64,000 nucleotides of DNA from Massalongia carnosa. Lineage: Eukaryota. The stretch spans positions 3,224,001 through 3,288,000 of the forward strand of contig OZ287069.1 of assembly GCA_965645245.1 (NCBI GenBank). Direction: 5' to 3'. The position numbers and the translations under genes are program-made. Below, piece after piece: positions 1 through 10,668 of this stretch (position 1 is its first letter; each line of letters opens with the position of its first letter). The notes beneath the pieces are model-generated. The model did no database searches. It saw only the letters and a program-made list of their open reading frames with translations, and had not been told where the DNA came from.

Positions 1-1255
1 TGGGTAGACGGATGGATGTTATGAAGCTGGTGTGGATCCGTCTAGATTGATGCATTGAGTTCATGTAAGATAACGACGAGTAGAAGATAAAAGCAAGAGA
101 AGGAACATCTGCAACATACGGTAAGGTCATACAGCTCATGTTAATTGTTGCATCAGACAGAGTAATACAGACTATAGTCTTGCGAGATCACTCGAATGGC
201 TTTGTACGTATTGTTCCATTGAATGTTGGCTATGAGGTCAGAAGTCAGTTTTGCTCTTGATCGTCGACTGATGTAGGTAGCCAAAGGAGTTGAGTTATCT
301 TCAACTTTTCCATGCTTGAATTCCGTAAGCTCCCTCTGCAAGGGCGAAACCCCAATATTCAAGGTTTACGTGTTCGCGCCTGAGGTTATTTATCTGTCGG
401 AGCTCTTGACTCGTCAGAGGAATTGGGGCATCATCAAAGTCATCTCTTGGTTTTAATCCATATAGATCAAAGATGGTAGATGCTAAATCGTTGTGAGAAC
501 TAACTTGATCCGTGACCGCATCTTTTGGGATTCCTGTACCGCGGATGATAAGCGGTACGTTCACGTCCTCTTTGTAGCCACATTCTTTCCCAGAAGGTAA
601 ACGATGTTGTCCGATATGGTATCCATTGTCGGCAGAATATAATATACGGGTATTATCGAGAAGGCCATGTTGATCGAGAGTTTTGATAACTCCATCAACG
701 AGTTCATCGACGCCCTGAAGAGCACGGAGACGTGAACGGTAGAACTCGTCATTATAATCGACTTGGGTCTGGTTCAGTTGAGCCAATCGACGAATCCAAC
801 TGACTCCGCTGGGCTATATACGTTATGAGCATTTGGTCGGTGCATTATTTAAACAGGGCGATCTAAACTACCTCCTCCGGGTTGAAGTGATCCGTACGCG
901 ACATCGTCAAATTTGGGAACAGGCGCCTATGTCTCTCAGCAGGTATCAGCGGGGAAACTCTCATATTCTGTTAATCCTTAGGGTTATCCGTATTGAACTC
1001 AACGTTGCTGTGAGGCGCAACGGGAGCATAGTCAGCAAGAAAGGCCTCTTGGCCGCAATGGCGTCCTTGAGAAACTCATTGGCCTTTGTGGCTACAACAT
1101 CGGTTGTATAATCGCCCTTATAGTTAACCGGTTTCTCACGATTTCTCTGCCAGGTGCTATTGAGGTACTGGTATGTATACGGGTCAAGGAGGAAGTCGGA
1201 TCCTGTAAACCCAGGCGCATTGTAATTTTCAACCGTATGTGCATTGAAGAATTTG
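1..1255 (-). pseudogene. Fungal arylsulfatase fragment, 5'-truncated and frameshifted
   Basis: Minus-strand translations FFNAHTVENY, SDFLLDPYTYQYLN, YTTDVVA, RSRLRALQGVDELV, ADNGYHIGQHRL, NNTYKAIR match sulfatase motifs. GT..AG intron at ~814-871. The N-terminal catalytic region is absent and the frame breaks near 1020-900. Confidence 0.8.
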
Positions 1256-1677
1256 CTTCATTTGCAAAATCAATCTCATAGTCAACGCAGATATTTCCTC
1301 AAAAACTGCTGTAATGCTATCTGTTGAAATAGGTATATGACTATGACTATATGACTATGTAATAAATGACAATGTGTATGACCCTGATGCATAAGATGAA
1401 AAGTTGCTATGGAGCAGTCTTCTCCTTTTAAGTGGTCACCCTCTACTAAGCGAAGTGATAATAGTTTATCCGAGCCTAGGTTGCTTAAGACACCGCTAAA
1501 GGTCTTAAGTAGCCGATACGGTTAGACTGGAACTGATCTAACTAACCTAATCTGTTGTGCTGGTAGAAGTTGAACATTCAACAAGATTGGATCAAAACTC
1601 CTACCGTTGAACAGCTGAATGAGAAAAGAAACTCGTTGATGTTGAAGGAAAGATATGAATGAAGTCATCAAAAAACT

Positions 1678-1857
1678 TGTCAGGGTCTTAGGAAGTTCAA
1701 TGAACATGCTTAGCGAAGGGAAAGGGGCACATCACGGGAGCACGTGCACTAGCGCGACCCACGGTGATAATATCGCACAGTAATTTTCTCTTTTCCTCTT
1801 TGTATATAAATTTTGGTTTAATAGTGGTTGATTAGATTTGACGACAGCTTCCTTACA
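1678..1857 (+). repeat. 5' LTR
   Basis: TGTCAGGGTC...CAGCTTCCTTACA; last ~60 bp nearly identical to the end of the 3' LTR. Confidence 0.8.
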
Positions 1858-2081
1858 CAATTTATCTACCTTCTTATCAGAACTCTCTTGGGGTAGACAC
1901 CCGTTCCAGACAATTTCCAGATAGGGTGAAAGCCTGTTTCAGCATCTTCCAGATCAATCAATCGTGCGGATCCGATTGATAATTTCCAGAAAATTTCAAG
2001 TTGGGTAAAAGACCCGTTCTAGTAGATTCAAGACTGATCGCTCGTGTGTATCCGAACCGATCTCCATTCCAGAACGCCGCC

Positions 2082-4355
2082 ATGAGTTCGAAAACCCCCA
2101 TGACGGCCAGAAAAGCCGGAGCCCCTCGAGGGGACAACAATACTGGCCCAGCTTTTAACACCCGCACACGTTCCTTATCCCGCCACTCAGTCCGATCAAG
2201 CAATAGCATGCCAGGAGCGTTCGAGGACCCCGAACTATCTTTAGACGAACGAACAATGCCGACGATTGAAGGGGCACCGAATGATAACCCTAGGACAGGA
2301 TTGGGCAAGGATAGGGAGTTGCCTCGCGAGATAAACATCTCGGAGCATCCATATTATGAGAAAGGGGCAATGGGACAACCAACGAGATATAGAGTCCGCA
2401 AATTCGAAGAATTTCGAGATGTGATCTCGGATGACAGAGAGGGTCCTCGTTGGTACGAGTTCATTTCCAAGGCAATCGAATATGATAAAACGTTTTATGA
2501 GAAGTGTCTCTCTCTTTGAGATGCCGACGAGAAACTCATCGCGGAAAAGAGAATAAACAGGCGATACAAGCAACAAGCGGAGTGTTTTGTAACCGAAATA
2601 GAAAAAGGGGAACATCAACTTCTTCTAGCTCAAGAGGAACTATCGCATAAGGAGATAGAGTTGGAACAGGCTCTGTCAGCCAAAGATAGATTGCAAGAAG
2701 AGAAGGAAACGCTCGTTCGCAGAGCCGCGGAGAATAATCCCCGCTATCAACGAGAAGATACTGTTGGTACCCAAAACACTGCATCGAATCCCCAGAACTG
2801 GCGTCCCCGGGGGATCAAATCTAGTAAGCCCCTGAGAGGCGAGGACCCTGAAGAATATAGCCCATGGGCTTATTCTATTCGAAACAAATTGAAAACTGAC
2901 TCACCATTGTATGCCGATGAGAGCGAGAAGGTCGGATATGCGTTGTCACAGATGGAGGCTCCGATCTTTGGAGCCATGCATTCTTGGGTAGCCGACACGG
3001 GGAATTCCCTCACTATCGACGCCTTGTTCGAGGAAATCGAACATTACATGGGGATTCATCTGCAAAGCCGAGATGCTAAGAAGGAACTGATCGTCATTAC
3101 CATGAAAGGAGGCGAGAGCGTGAGCGAGTACTATCACCGCATTTTCAAGCTCTGGCAAAAGGCGAAGACCCCTGTCGACGAGAGAATCGAGAAATTCCTC
3201 GTGACATTGAAACCGAGCATCTCCAGCTCGTTGATGGGTTCGGTCTTCACGGAATTCCGTCCCCTATTGGACGAGGCTCGAAGGAACGAGGATCGCCGAA
3301 AGGATGTCGCCCAACACTTCCCTCGCCCCCAGAAACAACTCCCGTCAAAGAACGCCGGCAAAGGGAGCAACTTCTTGGGAGGACAATCAACTAAGAGAAA
3401 GTCTTCATACTCCCTCTCTCATCAAATCAAGAAAACCGAGGATCGCCCGAGCACCAAACCCGCCCCGACGATCGTGAAACCAACAGGTTGGACAGGTGCT
3501 TGGTACGATCCAGACCCGAATCCAAAGAAACTGGAGAACGACGATCGGGAAACCCTGTCCGCTCAGGGTAGATGCTGGGCTTGCAGGGGATCGGGACATC
3601 GGGGCAGCGATTCAATATGTCCTCAGCTCAAAAAGAGGAAACTCAACGCCATGAAAACAATAGAAACCGATTCCGGTTCTGAATCGGACTCGGGGGAAAG
3701 CTTAGTCCTTGATCAAAATCGCGATCAAGGACTCCAAGGACTCGCAGAGGGGGATGCTGTTAATGAGAACGGTGAAGCTGAAATAAAGAGTGTTAGGGTC
3801 TCTACTTGTGCTGTCCGCGATACTGAAAAGAAAATCGAGGGCAAGCATTTAGTATTTAAAACTAGCATAGCTGGGATTAAAACCCGTTTACTTGTCGATA
3901 ATGGAAGTGAAGTTGAACTCATTGACGAATCCTTTGCGCGTATTCATAAATTAAAGACCTTCAAACTGGACAAGAAGGTGAAACTTACTCTTGGTAACGG
4001 AGAAGTAGTCCAACTTCTCACCAAAGCTGCTCTGATCGAGATAAAGATTGGAGATCATGAAGAACAAGTCCGGTGCTATTTAGCAAAACTTGATACGTAC
4101 TCAGTTATTTTAGGGGATGGGTGGCTACAAACCCACAACCCGAGTATTAACTGGAAAGAGCGAACTATGAAGTTCAACTCTTCAGATTGTTTAGAAAAAG
4201 GATGTCTCACACGGGGGATAACTTGCACCGAGTTTGCCATAGGTAGCAAGGTCAAAGACAGGATTGAGCCAAAGGGGGACATAGAAGCTCTCCCAGTTAA
4301 CGCGAAGCACTTCTTTCGCATGGCTAAAAAGAAGGATCATGAAGGATATCTGTGA
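2082..4355 (+). pseudogene. gag: gag plus aspartic protease (frame disrupted at ~2510-2660)
   Basis: Retrotransposon gag region (MKGGESVSEYYHRI), zinc knuckle CWACRGSGHRGSDSIC, protease LLVDNGSE..ILGDGWL. Confidence 0.85.
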
Positions 4356-7300
4356 TTCCTCAAGAGAAGACAAAAGCCTGTTGTGCGACAACCACAGGGG
4401 CTGTAACATCAGGAGATTACGACAAGTTCATGAAAGGCAAACCGGAATACACTTGCGAGGAGTTGTTGAAGAGAGTCCCAGCAGTCTATCACAGCGTAAT
4501 AGATGTTTTCATGAAGCACAAGGCGGATGAACTACCTGAACATCGAAAGGAGGATCATTCGATAATCCTCGAAACAGGAAAAGAAGCTCCATACGTAAGG
4601 AACTATAAACCCATGTCAGAGCAAGAACTGGAAGCGGTTAAAAAATACGTCGATGAGCATCTGGGAAAAGGCTTCATCCGTCCTAGTTCTTCAAGCGCAG
4701 CAGCCCCCGTCCTTCTAGTTAGGAAACCTGGGGGTGGTTTAAGATTCTGCGTAGATTATAGAGCCTTGAACTCCATCACGATCAAGAACAGATATCCAAT
4801 ACCGTTGATAAATGAGACATTAGGGAAACTCTCACAAGCCAAGAAGTTCACAAAGCTAGATGTGATTACTGCGTTCAATCGTATGAGAATGAAGGAAGGC
4901 CATGAGTGGCTCACAGCTTTCAATACTAGATATGGCCAGTTCGAATATTTGGTAATGCCGTTCGGTCTTTGCAACGCTCCAGGAACCTTTCAAAGCTTCA
5001 TAACCGATACAGTTAGAGAATACTTAGACGTTTTCTGAACGGCGTATTTGGACGACATCTTAATTTACAGCGAAAACGAAGAATAGCATTCGGAACAAGT
5101 GCTAAAAGTTCTAACTCGATTAAAGGAGAAAGAACTGCAAGTTAAATAGCCTCGAACACATCACTTCGCTCTTGTATCTCCCCCTCATGGACATAGACAA
5201 ATGCGAATTCTCTGTGACAGAAGTGAAATATCTTGGGTTGATAGTTACCACCGATGGAATAAAGATGGGTAATTCGCGGGCTCCATCGTGTCAGCTGAAC
5301 ATATACATAATTTCTATCTATGTTTGGGCAACTCTCCCCTCGCTGCTGCCCTGCTGGCGCTCAGTTTTGCTGAGGGCCCCTCCTATAATGGCTTTGTTTT
5401 GGCAGCAGTGAGGGGAAAAACTCCATCTACCTATGCGGCTGATTCAGGGAGTGGGTGGGTGGGCAAAAGACCTTTTGGTGCTGAACTCCGAATCAATGGT
5501 GATGATGAGGAGAAGAGTGCCAAAAGGCCACCTATTTATGCCCTTTCTCTCCCTTGCTTGTCCAACTATTTTGGACATCATCCTCCTTTGTCCTTCGGCC
5601 TTCGTTGGCTGTTCGCGGCCTGCCTCCACTCGGTCCTTCGGCTATCCACGGCCTTCAGCCTTTGTCGGCTGTTTCGCGGCCTGCCTCCACTCGGTCCCGG
5701 CATTACCTTTCGCCTTAGCCGAATTACTACTCGGAGAAAATCGAGGCGATTCTAAAATGGGAGACCCCAGGCTCCGTTAAAGATGTGCAAGCATTCTTAG
5801 GCTTTGCAAATTTCTACCGACGATTTATATCAAGGTTCTCGCAACGAACGAGATCGTTAACAGAGTTAATAAAGGGCGAGCAAATAACGACGAAGTCAGG
5901 AAAGAAACGAACCAGATACAATTCATTCGTTTGGTCTGAAGACTGTAAAAAAGCCTTCAAAGATTTAAAGAATGCGTTCACCACCGCTCCCGTCTTAGCA
6001 CATTACGATCCGGCCTTGAAAACATGGGTCGAGACTGACTCTTCAGATTTTGTTAGCGCCGGGGTACTCTCTCAAATGCACGACGGAATACTGAAACCGG
6101 TAGCCTATTTCTCCAAGAAGATGACTCCTGCCGAGTATAATTATATGATTTATGATAAGGAACTCCTCGCCATTGTGAAGAGCTTCGAAGTCTGGCGTCC
6201 CGAGGTCGCAAGTGCTGCTCCTGATAAACCTATTAAAGTATACACCGATCACAAGAATCTAGAGCACTTCATGACCACGAAACAGCTGAACAGAAGGCAA
6301 GCCAGTTGGGCCGAATTTCTTTCCGAATTCAATTTCAAGATAATGTATCGACCGGGAAAGCAAGGAGAGAAACCGGACACGCTGACCCGACGCTCTCAAG
6401 ACCTCCCGAAGGGATTCGAGGATATAAGAAAGCAACATCAATTCCAAACGCTGCTGCAAGAGCATCAACTAGATGACGATATACGAAAAGCGCTAGCAGT
6501 CGTGTTCTGCTCGAACATAGCAGACGCCGACGACGACGACGACGATAACGATCAAGATACGCAAAGCAATGCCACCGAAGAAGGCGCAACAGAACTAGGA
6601 GAACCAACGCAAAACATAAACCAGCGACTGATGAAACCGAGAATTCAGTAACGAAGACTTTGGAGGAACTAATTGAAGAAGCTTACGAAAGAGACGAAAC
6701 GGTCCAAGACATAATAGCAGCAAAAAAAAAGGAACTGAGAAAGCTCCCATTGAACCTCATAAAAAGAGGGATAAAGCTAGCAATGGGGAACCTCAAAATA
6801 GAGAACGACAAGCTGTATGTCAAAGAAAGACTATACGTACCAGATTACGAGCCATTGCAATTACATTTATTGCAAAAGCATCACGAAGCACCATTACAGG
6901 GCCACCCAGGATACAAAAGTATGTATCAAACAATGAGAGAAAATTATTTCTGGTTCGAGATGAAGGAGCACTGCAAGAGATACGCAGTTAACTGCTCTGT
7001 ATGCCGAAGATCAAAAGCATACAACGACAAGAAGCAAGGCCTGTTGAATCCTCTTCCCATCCCAAATAGAAAATGGATGGACGTATCATTGGACTTCGTT
7101 GAATTCCTCCCAGAATGCCGAAGACGAAATAGAGTCTATCAGCAAATATTAGTGATAGTAGATCGTTTAACGAAAAGACGATTATACGAACCACTAACCT
7201 CTCTCTCTACGGACGAACTGATAGACGCAATGTCCAGGAGATTATTCTCCTCTTACGGATTCCCTATATCAACAGTCAACGACCGCGGTAGCCAACTAAC

Positions 7301-8261
7301 CACTCACCTATGGAAAAGAGTTTGCGAAAGATACGGGGTGAAAATAAAGTTCTCTTCTGCACATCATCCCGAGACGGACGGTCAAACCGAAAACGCCAAT
7401 AAGATAATGAAAAACTACCTTCGAGCATAAGTCAGTTATACACAAGACAACTGGATGGACTATCTCTCAGACGCCGAGTTTGCCGCCAACAACCATGTAA
7501 ACGTATCCATGGGAATGACCCCATTCTTTGCAGATCATGGTTACCACCCACGCTGTGGCATCGAACCACCAGGCACATACGAAGGGAAAGGAAAAGCAGA
7601 AATACTGCACGCTGACAGGATCATAGACAGGCAAGAAGCCATGCGGACCTGGCTTCGAGATCAGTTAGCCTGGGCTCAGGAAGAACAAACACGGCACGCA
7701 AACAAAGGCCGTCAACCCCATCCCGAATACAAGATCGGAGACATGGTTTATGTAAACGCCAAGCACTTGGCTTCCGAAAGACCCAGTAGATCATTAAGTT
7801 TCAAGAACGTAGGCCTATGGAAGATAATAAGGATCATCGACAATAAAGCATACGAATTAGAAATTCCGGATCAGCTAAAGAACGTCGGGCTTACCCCCAT
7901 CTTCCATCCATGGAAGCTATACCTCGCACCTTCCAATCCATTCCCAGGACAAGTCTTACCGCCTGAACCGCCCATAGCCATAACAGAAAACAATGAGGAG
8001 GAGGCCCACGAAGAATAGGAAGTCCTCGAAATAGTAGACTGCCGCGAAACGAGGAAATTCGGGGTGCAGTACAAAGCAACCTTCATTGGCAACTGGGACG
8101 AATGGAATGCGAATCCTTACTGGCAACCATGGACCGACTTCAAGAACTCAAAGGATAAAATCCTTCAATACCATCGAGAACACCCACAGAAGCCCAAACC
8201 ACCAGATGACCTAACAAAGATAGATGATAATCAAGAAACCGGCAGGGCGCCTGCCACTTAG
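4352..8261 (+). pseudogene. pol: pol (RT, RNase H, integrase, chromodomain) with stops and insertions
   Basis: [63 protein letters not shown]-terminal chromodomain (QYKATFIG..WQPW). In-frame stops near 5036, 5083, 7428 and 8016. Confidence 0.9.
5269..5728. mobile_element. ~460-bp insertion with 8-bp terminal inverted repeats inside the RT
   Basis: GTAATTCG...CGAATTAC ends; removing it restores [18 protein letters not shown]. Confidence 0.7.
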
Positions 8262-8297
8262 CGCTTCGGAGACCTCGCCAATAGAAAGGGGGGGTAG

Positions 8298-8524
8298 TGA
8301 CAGGGTCATAGCCTGACATAGGGGTTAGAAGTATCCGATTAGGCTTAGTGCCAGCTGAGATCGAAAGAAGGATCACGGGAGTACGCGAGGCTACGAGTAG
8401 CGTGGGTTAGCGCGACACTCGGTGAAGATATTTCTAGCGAGTCGCGCACGATAATTCTTTTCTTCTTTGTAGATAAATTTTGGTTTAATAGTGGTTGATT
8501 AGAATTGACGACAGCTTCCTTACA
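8298..8524 (+). repeat. 3' LTR
   Basis: TGACAGGGTC...CAGCTTCCTTACA directly after the PPT. Confidence 0.85.
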
Positions 8525-8526
8525 GA

Positions 8527-9189
8527 ATCGTGCTTCCTAATGGTCTGATCGGATCACTAGATGGTCCGTATGAAGGCAGAATAAATGATAGAAAGATATG
8601 GCAAAATTCTCGGGTAAAAACTCACATGCGTCGTGTAAGTGGAGTCTAAATCAATCAAATCTGCAATAAAATCAATCCAGAACCTAGTTTTAGCGCCGTT
8701 ATTAATTCTACTCTAATTTAATCAGATATGCGAAGGCCGAGCACCCCTTTATCTTTATGGTGACCCTGCATACTCTACTACCTTTGGTGTTATTGGTGCA
8801 TGGAGAGGTGCACCATTAACCACGGAACAACGTCAATTCAACAAGGCCATGTCGAAGCTCGAATCGCCCTCGAACAAGGATTTGGTATAACTCAAAAACA
8901 CTAGTCTCATAACGGTTGGACCCTTCAGATGAGACTAGGACTTCAACCGGTAGCAGCCTATTATACTGCCGGAGTGCTATTGACGAACTGTTATACCTTT
9001 ATACGAAGCAATCAAATTAGCGATCAATTCGTATGTTCACCGCCATCGCTTCATGAATACCTTAGACTTAATCATATAAATCAAGGTACTTGTCGCACTT
9101 TCGTCAAGAGTCGGTTGTGTTTTGATGACCTTGCACCGCAGCAAGTATTCGTGCTAATTGATCTTGCTGTAGAGCACGATCCTTTTTAG
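8527..9189 (+). pseudogene. PIF/Harbinger DDE transposase (HARBI1/DDE_Tnp_4-like), C-terminal half
   Basis: PNGLIGSLDGPYEGRIND, LYGDPAY, FNKAMS..RIALEQGFG, LLTNCYT..SNQIS..PPSLHEYL. Intron GTAAGT..CTAAT..CAG at 8635-8725 restores the frame. Confidence 0.82.
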
Positions 9190-9236
9190 CCTCCTCGGCC
9201 TCCTCTTCCAACTTGATGAGACGTCTGACGAGACTA

Positions 9237-10261
9237 TTATTTTGACGAATCAGAGGCTTTCGTCTTGGTGCGATCGTTGATCATTGTCGTCATAGCATCA
9301 GCTAGTTTGTTGATTGCTGTGGAAGTGGCGGAGTCCTCCAGTTTCGCTCGTTTAGCCCTAGTTAACTTTGGAGCATTTTCAGAAGTAGCGCGAGAAGATA
9401 TCGATGCAGAACGTGATTGACCCCGAAGACCTTGAATTCTCGGAAGCATTGAAGTAGCAGAAGGCTCAATTTGAGCGTATTCCGACCCGAAAAGATCATC
9501 CTCGTCAATATCGGTGGGGTCGTTACCATCATCACTGTTATCTTCTCGCATTTGGTCTTTTCGTTTTCGTTGAGATAGTAGTCTGGTCCAATCATCTCGT
9601 TTATCTTTAGCGTTATCATTTTCTAGTCTTTCTTCCTCAACGATTTTCTTCTTATTGTCAACGTCACAGTCATAATTGTGACAAACAAGAATCCATTCAT
9701 CGATAGCGGTTGTAAATGATGTTGTCTCGTCTTCTTCAACCGATCCCACCATGACCCGAAAATGAAGTCTCTTGTTCATGAGGTTTTTCATATGAAGTCG
9801 ATGATTAGTGGAGTCTTTGTGAAACATGTCATTAAACTTCTTTCCAATATTTGCCCACCACGCCCCCATTCTTTTGGGTATGCCGAAAGTTTCCGAATGA
9901 TTAAGACACAATTGAATGAGATGCAAATCATCTTCCGGAGTGAGTTTCGGCTTGAGTTTCGTTTTTCTTTGTGCTCCGACGAGCGGGCAGACGACCAAGG
10001 TAGATCAGCCTCTCGAGACTGTAGCAGGGTGTCGGAATTTCCTGTTAGTATGGACCATGGAGCCGGAGGAGGAGGAGAGCCCCATAGAATCCCTCGATTG
10101 GGAGGACATGAGGCCAAATCGGATGGTAGAGGTGTTAAAGTTTCGGGAGTGGGAGGAACGGGAGTGGCAGAAATATGGCCTGGTCTCGGAGTACATGACC
10201 ATGAAACAGACGTGTTTCGGTTAATAAATTCTGGTTTTCGAAAGGAATTATTGAAAGACAT
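9237..10261 (-). pseudogene. Harbinger accessory (Myb/SANT-like) ORF, convergent with the transposase; frameshift near 10000
   Basis: LTPEDDLHLIQLC..WWANI helix pattern followed by a charged coiled region; convergent two-ORF layout typical of Harbinger. Confidence 0.6.
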
Positions 10262-10668
10262 ATCGCAGGTGAATGATCGAGAATGTGTTAAACGAAAAGG
10301 TCGAGGTCGATGTTGATTGATTGATTGATTCATACACCGATCCAAGGGCCGAAGGCCCTTATGCGGGAGTGCTAAACTAGATCGGGTGGTCCTAGGGGAT
10401 GGGCATCTAAGTCTGCTGAGGGCAGAATTGCTGCACTAAGCGCTGAAAGTACAAAAAATACAAAAACTCTTTTAGCTGTACAAGGGGTTGCGAATGCAAG
10501 GAAGAGGGAAAAGAAGACATGAACAGAGGGACAAACCGCTTGAGACAAATCGATAAATAGAACTCCAACGCCACCCTCCTGGGTCCCTGTGCTTGGTGTT
10601 GATACATGCAAGCCCTACCATGGTAGAGACTATTCTGTGAGCGGGATAAAACAAGAGCCGGCTTGCCG

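Larger units (their letters stand above)
1678..8524 (+). mobile_element. Ty3/Gypsy (chromovirus) LTR retrotransposon, degenerate
   Basis: Order gag-PR-RT-RNaseH-IN-chromodomain; TG..CA LTRs at both ends; polypurine tract AGAAAGGGGGGG before the 3' LTR. Confidence 0.93.

Noticed and set aside
5269..5736. Insert as a spliceosomal intron (starts GTAATT)
   Set aside because: The nearest AG (5735-5736) does not restore the RT frame; inverted ends suggest an insertion
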